Sequence record: SRR20825019_1297
DNA length: 54,160 bases
Reading direction: 5' to 3' (one strand)
Shown here: positions 9,855-21,100 of the stretch, piece by piece
Numbering within the stretch: the stretch's first letter is position 1
Layout: each line of letters begins with the position of its first letter
Notes under the pieces: model-generated
What the model was told of the DNA's origin: nothing
Seen by the model: only the letters and a program-made list of their open reading frames with translations
Database searches by the model: none
Position numbers and translations under genes: made by a program

Positions 9855-10706
9855 TTGGCTATGAGAAATTCTTTGAACAAAATAGTTGCCGAAATCCAGG
9901 AGCAGGAAAGGAAGTTGTCCGCAAATGCATCCAGTTTCATAGACGAGGCATTTAAAATGACGGTATTTCTCCAGGAGTTGTTATGCACACTGAAAGAGAA
10001 GGTGGCAAAAGAAGGGTTTTCCACTAAGGATGAAGAAATCCATTTTTTCAAACAGGTGAAGCCGAACATTCTCGGAAAACTTATTTACTACAATAAAGTA
10101 TATCGGATTGAAACGGCCTGTCCCGTGGATAATGGAAATTTGAACCAAAATTATTATGCTTTACAACTCCGGGGACTGACACAGGAATACAAGGAGCATG
10201 TTTGCAGTTCGGCTTTTTACAGGTACTACCGTTCCGGCAGAACCGACCGGGACGAAAACTATTTTATGCGGGGAAACATAAATTACCATGATGGGCTGAA
10301 CAGTTATGTATTTGAAATAGACCCCAAGTTTTCTACATACTTCGATTACAAGGTGGCCAAAATTGTAGCCAACGAACTCATCTATAATTATCTGACAACC
10401 AAATTAAGCCCCGAACAGAATCCTGACATCCTGTTGCAGAATGCCGAAACAAAAGATATTTTCTGGACACAGACAAAAAATGCCCTTATTGAATTGATTT
10501 ATGCCCTCCATGCTTCCGATGCCATTTCGCATGGAAAGATAGGCATCCGAAAAATCAGCCTGGTATTCCAAATCCTGTTCCGTGTTTCGCTCAATGACAT
10601 TCATAACAGCTTTCACCGCATGAAGACCCGGGCCGGATCACGTACCTTGTTTTTGGACCAACTGAAATACAGTTTGGAGGAATACATGGACAAGGAAGAC
10701 CATTAA
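9855..10706 (+). CDS. rteC: RteC family regulator (copy 1)
   Basis: EEIHFFKQVKP, FSTYFDYKVAKIVAN, W..TKNALIELIYALH, R..FLD.L motifs. Confidence 0.9.
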   Translation: MAMRNSLNKIVAEIQEQERKLSANASSFIDEAFKMTVFLQELLCTLKEKVAKEGFSTKDEEIHFFKQVKPNILGKLIYYNKVYRIETACPVDNGNLNQNYYALQLRGLTQEYKEHVCSSAFYRYYRSGRTDRDENYFMRGNINYHDGLNSYVFEIDPKFSTYFDYKVAKIVANELIYNYLTTKLSPEQNPDILLQNAETKDIFWTQTKNALIELIYALHASDAISHGKIGIRKISLVFQILFRVSLNDIHNSFHRMKTRAGSRTLFLDQLKYSLEEYMDKEDH

Positions 10707-10733
10707 CGATTTTTATCTTCTCCCTCCCTAATT

Positions 10734-10765
10734 AAAGGACAGCATTATCCGTGCTGTCCTTTTTT
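10734..10765 (+). terminator. Intrinsic terminator after rteC
   Basis: AAAGGACAGCA-N7-TGCTGTCCTTT plus T-run. Confidence 0.8.
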
Positions 10766-10971
10766 ACTTATTTGCCTATATGTGTATATGGACAGATTTG
10801 CTGTTTTGGTGTTCGACCATCGGCACAGAAATGAGAAAAACCATTGAAAAACAGCGCGTTACCCCGACTGCAAAAAAAATCTAAAAAAATGCCTTTTTGA
10901 TAGACACCTATCGGAAGACAGCCCTGGACAAACACCCCAATTTTGTACAGTGGACATTAAGAAACTGTACA

Positions 10972-11325
10972 ATGAAAATCATAACCATTGAAGAGGAAGC
11001 ATGGAAACAGCTCAATGAGCGGATCAAATCCATCAGTGAGTACCTCCTGAAACTGGAAGACACCAGCTATGACAGCCTGTGGCTCAATAACCACGAAGTC
11101 TGCCAGTACCTGCATATCAGTGAAAAAACGCTTTGGCGTATGCGCACCAAGGGCGAAATCGCCTATTCCAAGATGTATGGGCAATACTACTACACTATAG
11201 GGGCTATAAAGGACATGCTCAATGCCAACGCTGTACAGACCAGTGAGGAATATATCAAAGAGCTTATGGCAAAAGGGAAAAGCTATATCGAAAAAGGAAG
11301 GGAAATAAAGTCTGGAAAACAATAA
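10972..11325 (+). CDS. HTH_17 excisionase-like DNA-binding protein (Xis2c-like position)
   Basis: WLNNHEVCQYLHISEKTLWRMR winged HTH. Start placed at ATG 10972, downstream of CAATTTTG (10938-10945). Confidence 0.85.
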   Translation: MKIITIEEEAWKQLNERIKSISEYLLKLEDTSYDSLWLNNHEVCQYLHISEKTLWRMRTKGEIAYSKMYGQYYYTIGAIKDMLNANAVQTSEEYIKELMAKGKSYIEKGREIKSGKQ

Positions 11326-11336
11326 AACGTATCGCC

Positions 11337-11645
11337 ATGAACATAGACAGAATGGAATTTACCAAGTGGATGGAGCGCATCATGGAGCGTTTCGATATTC
11401 TGAAAGAACATATCACGGACATACAGAAACAGCGCAACAGCATTGACGGCGAAGAACTATTGGACAACCAGGATCTACTCCAAATGCTGAAAATCAGTCA
11501 CCGTTCCTTGCAGCGATACCGCTCGTCCGGCAAGCTGCCCTATTACACCATTAGCGGCAAACTCTACTATAAATTATCGGATGTACACCAGTTCATCAGG
11601 GAAAGTTTCAGTACCCCCCTGCAACGGACAAAGGACAATAAATGA
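11337..11645 (+). CDS. HTH_17 excisionase-like protein (Xis2d-like position)
   Basis: LLDNQDLLQMLKISHRSLQRYRSSGKLPY...GKLYY motif. Confidence 0.88.
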   Translation: MNIDRMEFTKWMERIMERFDILKEHITDIQKQRNSIDGEELLDNQDLLQMLKISHRSLQRYRSSGKLPYYTISGKLYYKLSDVHQFIRESFSTPLQRTKDNK

Positions 11646-11703
11646 CAAAGAGTGCCACTGAGGGACAGCTACTGCCATAACGTACCCACTTCATCTACTT
11701 TCG
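11634..11703 (+). promoter_or_regulatory. Phased G(A/C)CA array plus -7 box upstream of DUF3945
   Basis: GACA/GCCA at 11634, 11644, 11654, 11664, 11674; TACTTTCG at 11696. Confidence 0.6.
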
Positions 11704-11723
11704 GAAAATAACAGCACTAAAAA

Positions 11724-13181
11724 ATGAATATCATGAGCGAAGAAACTATCAAAAATCCGCAGGAATATCCCGAACAGCTATCGGATATTCTGCTGGTAAT
11801 GGATAAGGAGAAAAAGAAAATCCAGGCCGTCAAGGGCATCGGTAAAAACGGCGAACTGGAAACCGTGGATGCCAACAAAAAGAACCAGGGTCAGTTCATG
11901 CGGGTGGACAAGAGCGGGGATGTATTCTCCAACTTCTTTTCCAATTTTTGGCAACAGCTCAAAGATCCGACCCACTTCTCATTTTTTAAAGTCCCTGCAT
12001 CGGAAGCGGTGGATACCGCCAAGGAAATGCAGAAACAGATGGATACACCCTCCAAAAAGGGCGAAACACTTATGGCCAGGCATGAGGTAAAAGAACCAAA
12101 GGAACAACAACAGGAAAACAAAAAAGATATGGAAACAACGCAAACAACACCGGAAACAAGCGAGTACCGCTTCAAACCGGAACAGATCGATTGGGAGACA
12201 ATGAACAATTTGGGGCTGAATAAGGAAAGGCTCGAAAAAGCAGGAGTACTCGAAACCCTGTTAAAAGGCTACAAGACCAATATACTGATGCCAATAAGCC
12301 TTAACCTGGGTACTGCCGTTACCCGCATGGATGCCAGGTTATCGCTTCAGCCCGGTGAAAATGGTGATGCAGTCGTTGCCATTCATGGCATCCGAAAAGA
12401 GCCGAACCTCAATTTTCCTTTCTTCGGTCACGAATTTACCAAAGAGGACAAGGAGAATTTGCTCAACACCGGGAATATGGGGCGTGTGGTGGATCTGACC
12501 AATCCCAAGACAGGCGATAAAATTCCGTCCATCATCAGTATTGACAGGTTGACCAACGAGGTCATCGCCTTACGGCAGGAATGGATGAAAATCCCCCACG
12601 AGATCAAAGGTGTAAAGCTCAATGAAGAACAAAAGCAGACATTATTGGATGGAAAACCGCTTTCATTGGAAGGGATGATCTCCAGAAAGGGAGAACCTTT
12701 CAACGCCAATGTCCAGTACAATGCCGATAAGCGCTTTGTAGAATTTCTTTTTGACAGAAGCCGTACCAATAACCAATCGCAAACCCAACAGCAGGGACAA
12801 CCACAGGAAGCGCCCCGAACATTCAGGGGCAAAGAACTGACCGACCAGCAATACGAGAAATTCAAAGAAGGGCAAACCGTTTATGTCAATGGACTGATTG
12901 ACAGAAAAGGACAGAAATACCAAGGCTATATCACTTTTGATAAGGATACGGGCAAAACAGGTTTTTCATTCAGCAATCCAAACAAGCTAAAAGACAAAAT
13001 ACAGCCTGTTGAGGCCAACAAAACCCAAACAGCCGTCAATTCCGAAGGTAAGACCAACGAGGCGACGAAAAACATCAAAGAACCTTTGAAACCCGGGCAA
13101 CAAACGCCGAAAAACCAAAAGCAGCAAGCGCAACAGAATACCGCTAAAACCCCGGTCAAATCCAAAGGCAGAAAAATGTAA
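11724..13181 (+). CDS. DUF3945/DUF4099 domain protein
   Basis: FSNFFSNF..QLK.PT.F motif, repeated GVKL..EQ..L..G units, Q-rich tail ending KSKGRKM; precedes topoisomerase as in Bacteroidota ICEs. Confidence 0.85.
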   Translation: MNIMSEETIKNPQEYPEQLSDILLVMDKEKKKIQAVKGIGKNGELETVDANKKNQGQFMRVDKSGDVFSNFFSNFWQQLKDPTHFSFFKVPASEAVDTAKEMQKQMDTPSKKGETLMARHEVKEPKEQQQENKKDMETTQTTPETSEYRFKPEQIDWETMNNLGLNKERLEKAGVLETLLKGYKTNILMPISLNLGTAVTRMDARLSLQPGENGDAVVAIHGIRKEPNLNFPFFGHEFTKEDKENLLNTGNMGRVVDLTNPKTGDKIPSIISIDRLTNEVIALRQEWMKIPHEIKGVKLNEEQKQTLLDGKPLSLEGMISRKGEPFNANVQYNADKRFVEFLFDRSRTNNQSQTQQQGQPQEAPRTFRGKELTDQQYEKFKEGQTVYVNGLIDRKGQKYQGYITFDKDTGKTGFSFSNPNKLKDKIQPVEANKTQTAVNSEGKTNEATKNIKEPLKPGQQTPKNQKQQAQQNTAKTPVKSKGRKM

Positions 13182-13187
13182 CGGATT

Positions 13188-15272
13188 ATGAAAGCGATCA
13201 TTGCAGAAAAACCAAGCGTGGCAAGGGAAATAGCCAGTCTGTTGGGGGCTACCGAAAAACGGGATGGTTACCTGACAGGGAACGGTTATCAGGTTACGTG
13301 GGCATTGGGCCATTTGGTGGGATTGGCAATGCCGGAGGACTATGGATTGACAGGTTTCCAAAAGGAAGCCCTGCCCATCTTGCCGGATCCTTTTTTGCTC
13401 ACGGTACGAAAGGTAAAAAAGGAGAAAAGTTATATTCCCGATAGCAGGGCGGTAAAACAGTTGAAGATCATTGAGCAGGTCATCACCCGCTCGGATAGCA
13501 TTATCGTGGCCACCGATGCAGGACGCGAGGGCGAACTTATCTTCAGGTATATTTATGAGTACCTAAAGTGCCGGAAGCCCTTTCAGCGTTTATGGATAAG
13601 TTCATTGACCGAAAAAGCGATCAAGCAGGGATTTGACAACCTGAAACCCGGAAGCGATTTTGACGGATTGTACCGTTCCGGACAAGGACGGAGCCAGGCT
13701 GACTGGCTGGTGGGCATCAATGCTTCGCAGGCATTGAGTATTGCCGCAGGGCGTGGGGTGTATTCGCTCGGGCGTGTACAAACGCCGACGCTTGCCCTTA
13801 TCTGTAAGCGGTATTTGGAAAACAAAGACTTTACCAGTAAAAAATACTTCCAGATCCAATTGGGGCATCGTAAGGAATTTGTGGGCTTCAAGAGCCTTTC
13901 CAAAACCAAATGGGACGACCATAAACCCGCAGTCGATACTCTAAAATCCATCCAACGTACCGGGACTGCTACTGTGACGGCTGTGGAAAATAAAACGGTT
14001 TCGGAACAACCGCCCTTGCTGTTCGACCTGACGGGCTTACAAAAAGAAGCCAACAAAAAACTGGGGCTTTCCGCAGAAGAAACATTGGGCGTTGCACAAA
14101 GCCTGTACGAAAAGAAATTCATTACCTATCCCCGCACCGGGAGCAAATATATACCTGAAGATTTATGGCCTGAAATCCCTGTACTGGTAAGAACACTGGA
14201 AGTAAGGGCATCCTGCATAGAAGCGGTCGGGAAAGTAAAATGGGGACGTTTCAACAAGCGTATTGTGAACGATGTAAAGGTAACGGACCATCACGGTCTG
14301 CTCATTACCGAAAAAAGCCCTTCCGCATTGTCTGCAAAGGAGGATGCGGTTTACGACATGATAGCCCTGCGGTTATTGGAAGCCTTATCGCATGCCTGTT
14401 CCAAAGAAATAACCGACATCGCATTACAGGTCCTTCACTACGATTTTGCATTGAAAGGATGTAAGATATCGAAACCGGGCTGGCGTGCCATCAGGGGCAA
14501 TTTTACCGGGGAAGACAATGAACCGGTACAGGAACTGCCCGAATTACAGGTAGGTGATAAACTCAAAATAAAAGAGGCCGCCATTTTGGAAAAGAAAACC
14601 AAACCGCCCGTGCTTTATACCGAGGCCGGCCTATTATCCGCTATGGAGAAAGCCGGAAGGGAAATAGCGGACAAAGACGAACGGAAAGCCCTGCAAGGCA
14701 TCGGTATTGGTACACCGGCTACCAGGGCGGCCATCATAGAAACGCTTTTTAAAAGGGATTATATCAAACGGGAAAGAAAATCCCTTATTCCCACCGATAA
14801 GGGACTGCGGGTATATGGGGTTATAAAGGACAAAAAGATTGCCGATGTATCCATGACCGCCGAATGGGAAATGGCATTGCAGAAAATAGAGAACAACGAA
14901 ATGGATGCAACAGCTTTCCATAAGGAGATGGAAGCCTATAGCACCTTTATAACACAGGAACTTTTAAGCATGACCATTGCAAAGGAAAAGCGTCCCGAAC
15001 TGACCTGCCCCAAATGCAGGAACCGTCAACTTTTAATTTGGGACAAGGTAGTCAAATGCCCCGATGATGCCTGCAACTGGCTACAATTTCGCAATGTCTG
15101 CGGGGTGCAGTTAAGCCTTTCCGAAATAGAAAATCTTGTGAGCAAAGGGAGAACCAACCTTATCAAGGGCATGAAAAGCAAATCGGGCAAAAAGTTCGAA
15201 GCCTACATCTCAATGAAAGATAATGGCGAAACCGCCTTTGAATTCGGGAAACATAAAAATCATAGAAAGTAA
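13188..15272 (+). CDS. topB: Type IA DNA topoisomerase (Topo III / Exc-like)
   Basis: IAEKPSVA, ATDAGREGE, SLGRVQTPTL, ITYPRT (catalytic Tyr), GIGTPATRA; C-terminal Cys ribbon. Confidence 0.93.
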   Translation: MKAIIAEKPSVAREIASLLGATEKRDGYLTGNGYQVTWALGHLVGLAMPEDYGLTGFQKEALPILPDPFLLTVRKVKKEKSYIPDSRAVKQLKIIEQVITRSDSIIVATDAGREGELIFRYIYEYLKCRKPFQRLWISSLTEKAIKQGFDNLKPGSDFDGLYRSGQGRSQADWLVGINASQALSIAAGRGVYSLGRVQTPTLALICKRYLENKDFTSKKYFQIQLGHRKEFVGFKSLSKTKWDDHKPAVDTLKSIQRTGTATVTAVENKTVSEQPPLLFDLTGLQKEANKKLGLSAEETLGVAQSLYEKKFITYPRTGSKYIPEDLWPEIPVLVRTLEVRASCIEAVGKVKWGRFNKRIVNDVKVTDHHGLLITEKSPSALSAKEDAVYDMIALRLLEALSHACSKEITDIALQVLHYDFALKGCKISKPGWRAIRGNFTGEDNEPVQELPELQVGDKLKIKEAAILEKKTKPPVLYTEAGLLSAMEKAGREIADKDERKALQGIGIGTPATRAAIIETLFKRDYIKRERKSLIPTDKGLRVYGVIKDKKIADVSMTAEWEMALQKIENNEMDATAFHKEMEAYSTFITQELLSMTIAKEKRPELTCPKCRNRQLLIWDKVVKCPDDACNWLQFRNVCGVQLSLSEIENLVSKGRTNLIKGMKSKSGKKFEAYISMKDNGETAFEFGKHKNHRK

Positions 15273-16153
15273 TGGAAAATAAGCCCATCGTAAGCCCAAC
15301 GGAAATAAAGAACCTGATTTATACCATACGTGGCAAACAAGTGATGCTGGACAGCGACCTGGCTTCCCTATACCAAGTGGAAACGAAAAACCTCAACCGG
15401 GCAGTAAAAAGGAACATGGAAAGGTTTCCGGAGTCATTCTGCTTTCAACTGACCGATGAGGAAACCGAATTTTTGAGGTTCCAATTTGGCACCTCAAATG
15501 TAGGGCGAGGCGGAAGACGTTATCTGCCCTACGTTTTCGGCGAACCAGGAATAGCGATGTTGTCCGCAGTACTTCGTTCCGATATTGCCATAAAAATCAG
15601 CATTGAGATCATGGATGCCTTTGTGGAAATGCGCAGGATGCTGATGAGCAATGCTTCCCTTTTTCACCGTTTGGATAAAATCGAACTCAAACAGATAGAG
15701 GCAGATGGCAAGTTTGAAGAAATCTTTAAGGTACTGGATAGTGGCAAACTCCACAGTGATAAGGGTATTTTCTATGATGGGCAGGTTTTCGATGCCTATA
15801 CCTTTGTTTCCGATATTGTCCGAGGTGCACAGAGGTCAATTATCCTCATTGACAATTATGTGGACGATACGGTACTCACTTTATTAGGAAAAAGGAAAGA
15901 TAGTGTAGCAGCGACTATCTATACCAGGAATATCAGCAATCAGCTACGGCTGGACTTGCAACGCTACAACAGCCAATATCCATCGATTGACATTCACGTT
16001 TTCAAGAATGCCCATGACCGTTTCCTCATTGTTGATGACACGCAATTATACCATATTGGGGCATCGCTCAAAGACCTGGGCAAAAAGTGGTTTGCCTTTT
16101 CAAAAATGGATATTGAAGTCAATAAGATGTTGCAATTTTTAAACGATTTGTGA
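15272..16153 (+). CDS. ORF6N domain protein with PLD-like C-terminal domain
   Basis: IRGKQVMLDSDLA.LY.V....LN.AVKRN.ERFP..F.FQLT; C-terminal IILIDNY...HDRFLIVD...YHIGASLKDLG; start overlaps the topB stop. Confidence 0.85.
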   Translation: MENKPIVSPTEIKNLIYTIRGKQVMLDSDLASLYQVETKNLNRAVKRNMERFPESFCFQLTDEETEFLRFQFGTSNVGRGGRRYLPYVFGEPGIAMLSAVLRSDIAIKISIEIMDAFVEMRRMLMSNASLFHRLDKIELKQIEADGKFEEIFKVLDSGKLHSDKGIFYDGQVFDAYTFVSDIVRGAQRSIILIDNYVDDTVLTLLGKRKDSVAATIYTRNISNQLRLDLQRYNSQYPSIDIHVFKNAHDRFLIVDDTQLYHIGASLKDLGKKWFAFSKMDIEVNKMLQFLNDL

Positions 16154-16159
16154 ATTGGT

Positions 16160-17497
16160 TTACTCATCAATCTCTTGAGGATTCTCTAATGGATGGAAGG
16201 CTGCAACTCTACCGTTTTCTAAAACATGTAGGGAATAATGATTGCCATTAAAATACAGTGATTTATCTCCATAAATTCTGAATTCCTTCCCCTGCGACAG
16301 TCTATCATTAATTTGTGGCAATAGATTCTCGATTGCGATTTTCAGAATACGCCTTATATCTCTATAAGAATACTGAAACTTGGTTTTATTTTCAAAATGG
16401 CCTTCTATGGACAGTTCATCGCAATGGCGTAAATAAATATGAAGAAAACTTTCGTAATCCCAATAAATCGGTTTTACAACATTGTGATAGGCCAAAGTTT
16501 CATTGTCAAACTCAATCCTGGAAACTTCAAGAGCCTTGTAAATTTCCGGGTATTCTTCTTTGAATTTTTCTAAAGTTTTATTGGTTGAACGTTTAATTTC
16601 TTTCACAACTGCCTCGATCCGAACAGTTTTACGTTCCTTTAAAAACTCATTGAATTCCAGTATTTCTTCAGCAGAAATATCTTTAGCATATAATTTGGCT
16701 TCTAATTCAAAAAAACGTGATAAATAGGTTTTTTTTCCGTCTTGCGAAAATCCCTTGGTTTTTATAATATCAAAATTTACTGATTCGGGTTCTAAGTAAA
16801 ATGATAATCCACAGAACTTAGCCCACTCATCATCAGTTAGTAGGTAACCACTTTTAATCTTTTGTCCCAGCAACCAGTGATTTGATCGGTTAACGTCAAA
16901 TCCGGTCGGATCCATCTTTATTTCAATTGTATTTGGTATTACTTTCTTTCCGACTTGGCCAAAGGCTTTTTGAGCAGGGAAATTAGTCGCCAAAACCTCA
17001 TAAATATCGCCACTAATAAACCCTTCGTTTTTGAGTAGATCTTGTTGTTCCTTTGATAAGTTGCCGTCTGTAGATTCAAATTTTACAAGGCCATTTGTTC
17101 TGGGTACATTTTTGGATTTAATAATTTGTTCCAAAGATTCACGTTCTGCTTTTCCATACAGGATGACACCAGAAATATTGCGACCATATTTCTGTGCTGA
17201 TTCACTGAATTTATGAAATTCTATACTAATGAATTTTCGTTCGTATTGGCCATACATCGCATAGATTTCCTCAACGGAAAACTGAAAGCGTTCCTTTTTC
17301 TGATTATCAATTTCCTGTTTGAATTTCTCCAGTTCTCCACGATATATTGATATGGCATATTTCAATCGGGCTATTTTTTCCTTTTCTTCTGGCAGCGTAT
17401 TAGCCAAAGTTTTTTCACATGCAATCAACTGTTCCTCGACTATATCACTAAGTAGATATAAGCCTGGATCATTTATCTTATGGTTTATTCCGTACAT
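16160..17497 (-). CDS. Hypothetical 445-aa protein; C-terminus resembles toxin RNase domains
   Basis: Long ORF in visibly AT-rich DNA, opposite to its neighbours, with its own TATTTTTG box (17556-17549); HIYLRH...KTKF...GRVAAFHP at the C-terminus. Confidence 0.7.
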   Translation of the reverse strand: MYGINHKINDPGLYLLSDIVEEQLIACEKTLANTLPEEKEKIARLKYAISIYRGELEKFKQEIDNQKKERFQFSVEEIYAMYGQYERKFISIEFHKFSESAQKYGRNISGVILYGKAERESLEQIIKSKNVPRTNGLVKFESTDGNLSKEQQDLLKNEGFISGDIYEVLATNFPAQKAFGQVGKKVIPNTIEIKMDPTGFDVNRSNHWLLGQKIKSGYLLTDDEWAKFCGLSFYLEPESVNFDIIKTKGFSQDGKKTYLSRFFELEAKLYAKDISAEEILEFNEFLKERKTVRIEAVVKEIKRSTNKTLEKFKEEYPEIYKALEVSRIEFDNETLAYHNVVKPIYWDYESFLHIYLRHCDELSIEGHFENKTKFQYSYRDIRRILKIAIENLLPQINDRLSQGKEFRIYGDKSLYFNGNHYSLHVLENGRVAAFHPLENPQEIDE

Positions 17498-17587
17498 AAT
17501 TCTGTCATTTATTTAGTTGAGGCCAAATCCCTTTTTATCAGCGTTATACAAAAATAGAATTTAATTGTACTTAGTAGGTATGCAATT

Positions 17588-17657
17588 GCCAAATCCTACC
17601 TCTCAAAGCCAAGCCCTACTACTTCTTTAAAGACACTTATATCCCACTATAATTTTG
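17588..17657 (+). promoter_or_regulatory. Phased array plus -7 box upstream of DUF1896
   Basis: GCCA 17588, ACCT 17598, GCCA 17608, ACTA 17618; TAATTTTG at 17650. Confidence 0.5.
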
Positions 17658-17677
17658 ACTTCAAACAAAATTATAGT

Positions 17678-18115
17678 ATGGAAACACGACAAAAAGACCT
17701 TTCCTATTTTACATTAAGGTTACAGGAATTACTCAGCACCAGCTTTCCCGAAAAAGCATACGACCAACAATTTATCGAACAGCGTTCCCGGTGGGCCGCC
17801 AATGCTTACGAAGGGGCATTTCTATCGGGAAACCCAATTGACCAATGCGATGAAATAGCCAGTTATATCCTCTTTGAGGGGCTGCACTTCTCCAAATTCG
17901 ACACGGTATTCCAAGTAGTCTGCAATGAGTTCGACACGATTATGGCAGACGAGGAACTGCGACCGTTTGCCCTGAAAATGCTCCCTGTCTGTGAGCCCGT
18001 TTTCTCCAACTATGAACTGACCGATGATTTTGCGTACGATAATGAGTTTGATGTCCTCTATACCGAAATAACGGGAACCATCGCCATTTGGATAGCCGAA
18101 AATGGGCTTCAGTAA
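17678..18115 (+). CDS. DUF1896 family protein
   Basis: LSYF.LRL..LL..SFPE and [11 protein letters not shown] motifs; usual position before the methylase-helicase. Confidence 0.82.
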   Translation: METRQKDLSYFTLRLQELLSTSFPEKAYDQQFIEQRSRWAANAYEGAFLSGNPIDQCDEIASYILFEGLHFSKFDTVFQVVCNEFDTIMADEELRPFALKMLPVCEPVFSNYELTDDFAYDNEFDVLYTEITGTIAIWIAENGLQ

Positions 18116-21100
18116 ACGCCAACATCTCCAACTGAACATAGATGCCTTACGGATTGCTTTTACATTGGAAAAGGAGAAACGGCAAGCCACCGTAGGCGAA
18201 AGCTTGTTAATGAAGCAATACAGTGGATTTGGCGGGCTTAAATTCGTTCTGAACCCCATAGCCAACGAAATAGACATCAACCATTGGCGAAAGACCGAAC
18301 ACGATCTGTTTCCGATTACGCAGGAACTCCACCGGTTACTCAAAGAAAATTCCGCAGACGAAAAGCAATACAAACGCTTTGTGGACAGTATGCGAAGCTC
18401 CGTACTTACGGCTTTCTATACGCCGCCACAGGTTGTTGATGCCATTTCGCTGGCCTTGCGTGATGGTGGTCTGAAAATTGGCAAATTCCTCGAACCGTCC
18501 GCAGGGATCGGCTCCTTTATACAGTCCTTTTCCGAAAACGGGCAAAATGTCACCGCTTATGAAAAGGATCTGCTCACGGGCAAGATCTTAAAACAGCTAT
18601 ATCCCGCAAGCCATATCCGGGTTAGCGGTTTTGAGGAAATCCCCGAAAAGGAACAGAACACGTTTGATGTTATCGCAAGCAATATCCCTTTCGGCGATAC
18701 TTCTGTGTTCGATCTTTCTTACTCTCGGAGCAAAGACCCTGTAAAAGTACAGGCAATCCGGGGCATTCACAATTACTTTTTCCTCAAAGGAACCAATATG
18801 CTCCGTGAAGGCGGTTTACTGGCTTTTATTACCTCTCAGGGCGTTTTAAACAGCCCAAAGAACGAACCTATCCGCAGGGCATTGATGCAGGATAATCATT
18901 TGGTTTCGGCTATCCGTTTACCCAATAACCTGTTTACGGATTATGCAGGTACAGAGGTCGGCAGTGATTTGATAATCCTGCAAAAGGATACGGCAAAACA
19001 AAGCCTGACCGAAGCGGAAGAACTGTTTTGCCAAAGCAACAGAACGGAGTTTGACACGCCAAACAACGCTATTTTTCAGGACAGTGCCAGAATTGTACAT
19101 ACCGACCAAAAATTAGACACTGATCCCTACGGTCAACCTGCTTTAATCTATACGCATAAAGGCGGTGTCCAGGACATTGCCAAAACGTTGAAACAAATGC
19201 TTTCCGATGATTTTGGAAAGCACCTGGATTTGGGACTGTACAACGGCGAACGGAACGATAAGCCTGTTATGCAAACTCCAATACAGCCAACAGGTTCCGT
19301 TCCTGTAGTCGCGTCGGAAAGCGTTCAACAGGAACAATCTGGTTTTACCACTCGAACCATTGTACAAAATAGCCCACAGGAACAAAGACAGCTAAGCATT
19401 TTCGACCTGTTTGAAAATACGAATGAACCCATAGCAGTCGTTGCATCACTCCAAAAGATCACGACAACCAAAAGGCAGCCGATCAAAAAAAGAAGGACTG
19501 TAAAAGGTCGCCAAACCGATTTGTTCAGTGGGGCGATGCAACAGCCTTATACACCTTCGGTTTCAAATGGTACGGTTAATAGAACTGCTCAATCCAATGG
19601 TAATAAACAGGAAGCAATCGGCGACCTGTTTTCGGGAATAAATGGAAATACCCAAACCGAAAAACCGAACGTTCCCGGCACCATTCCCGATCCTGCCTCT
19701 TATAGTGGCAACCCGCAACCATTCCACCGTAATAACTGCCTTGTCGTGGATAAGGGCTGGGTGGGGCATTTGCAAGAGGTAGATACTTCAAATGGAACTG
19801 CTGTTTTTCACCCGCTTAAATTGTCTCCCGCACAGCGGGCAAGGGCCGAAGCTTATATCGAAGTACGTGACATTTACAATGACCTCTATCAAAAGGAAGC
19901 TGAAAAACAGACCGAACACAAAGAGGAACGGGAGAAGCTCAAGAGCTTGTATGATGCCTTTGTGAAAAGATACGGAAACCTCAACAGTGCCGATAACATC
20001 AAGCTGATTAAAACCGACAGTGCCGGCAAGGAAATCCCTTATTTGGAACGTGTGGTGGGTGGTGTGATACACAAAGCGGATATATTCAGTCGTCCGGTCA
20101 GTTTTTCTACCACAACCTTAACGACAGACAATCCCGAAGAAGCGTTAGCGGCTTCACTCAACAAGTATGGAAATGTGGATTTGGGTTATATGTCCCAAGT
20201 CAGCAACATGACCGATGATGCGCTGAAAAAAGGATTAAACGGGCGTATCTTCTACAATCCACTGCAAAAGGAATACGAAATAGCCGAACGTTGGATAGCG
20301 GGCAATGTGGTTGAGAAAGCCCAGGAGGTCAAAACCTACCTCGAAAGCTATCCCGACGATACGGAAGCCAAAGAAAGTTTAACGGTATTGGAAGATGCCC
20401 GACCACGGCGTATCGGGTTTGAGGAACTGGACTTCAACCTCGGCGAACGCTGGATACCCACGGGCGTTTATGCCCGTTTTGCTTCGCACCTGTTCGATAC
20501 GGAAGTGCGCATCCATTATTCGGACAGTGCCGATGATTTTTCCATCAAATGCAACCAAAAGAACGTGCAGATCTGGGATAAATATGCCGTCAAAGCGGAA
20601 AGCCGGACGTTTGACGGGATTGCCCTGCTCAAACACGCCCTTGTCAATACCACACCGGACATAACCAAAAAAATAACGATTGATGACAAAGAGGTCAAGG
20701 TGCGCGATATGGAAGCCATTCAGATGGCAAATACCAAAATCGACGAAATCCGAACGGCATTTACCGATTATCTCCATGCTCAAAATGACGAGTTTAAAAC
20801 CCGGTTGACTGACCAGTACAATGATACATTTAACTGTTTTGTCCGTCCGAACTATGACGGAAGTCATCAGGAGTTTCCGGGCCTGGACAGAAAAGGTTTG
20901 GGCATTGAAGACCTCTACGACAGCCAAAAGGACACTGTCTGGATGATAAAGCTCAACAACGGCGCCATCTGCGATCACGAAGTCGGTGCGGGAAAAACGT
21001 TGGTGATGTGTACGGCAGCACAGGAGATGAAACGTTTGGGCCTGGCACACAAACCGATGATTATCGGGTTGAAAAGTAATGTCCATGAAATCGCCGAAAC

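Noticed and set aside
9421-9855. tRNA target or integrase at the ICE end
   Set aside because: No cloverleaf and no tyrosine-recombinase ORF visible.
10897-10971. Upstream extension of the first HTH gene, and a fifth phased array here
   Set aside because: The extension overlaps the -7 box; only two GACA (10917, 10927) are in phase and they do not fit the 32-bp rule.
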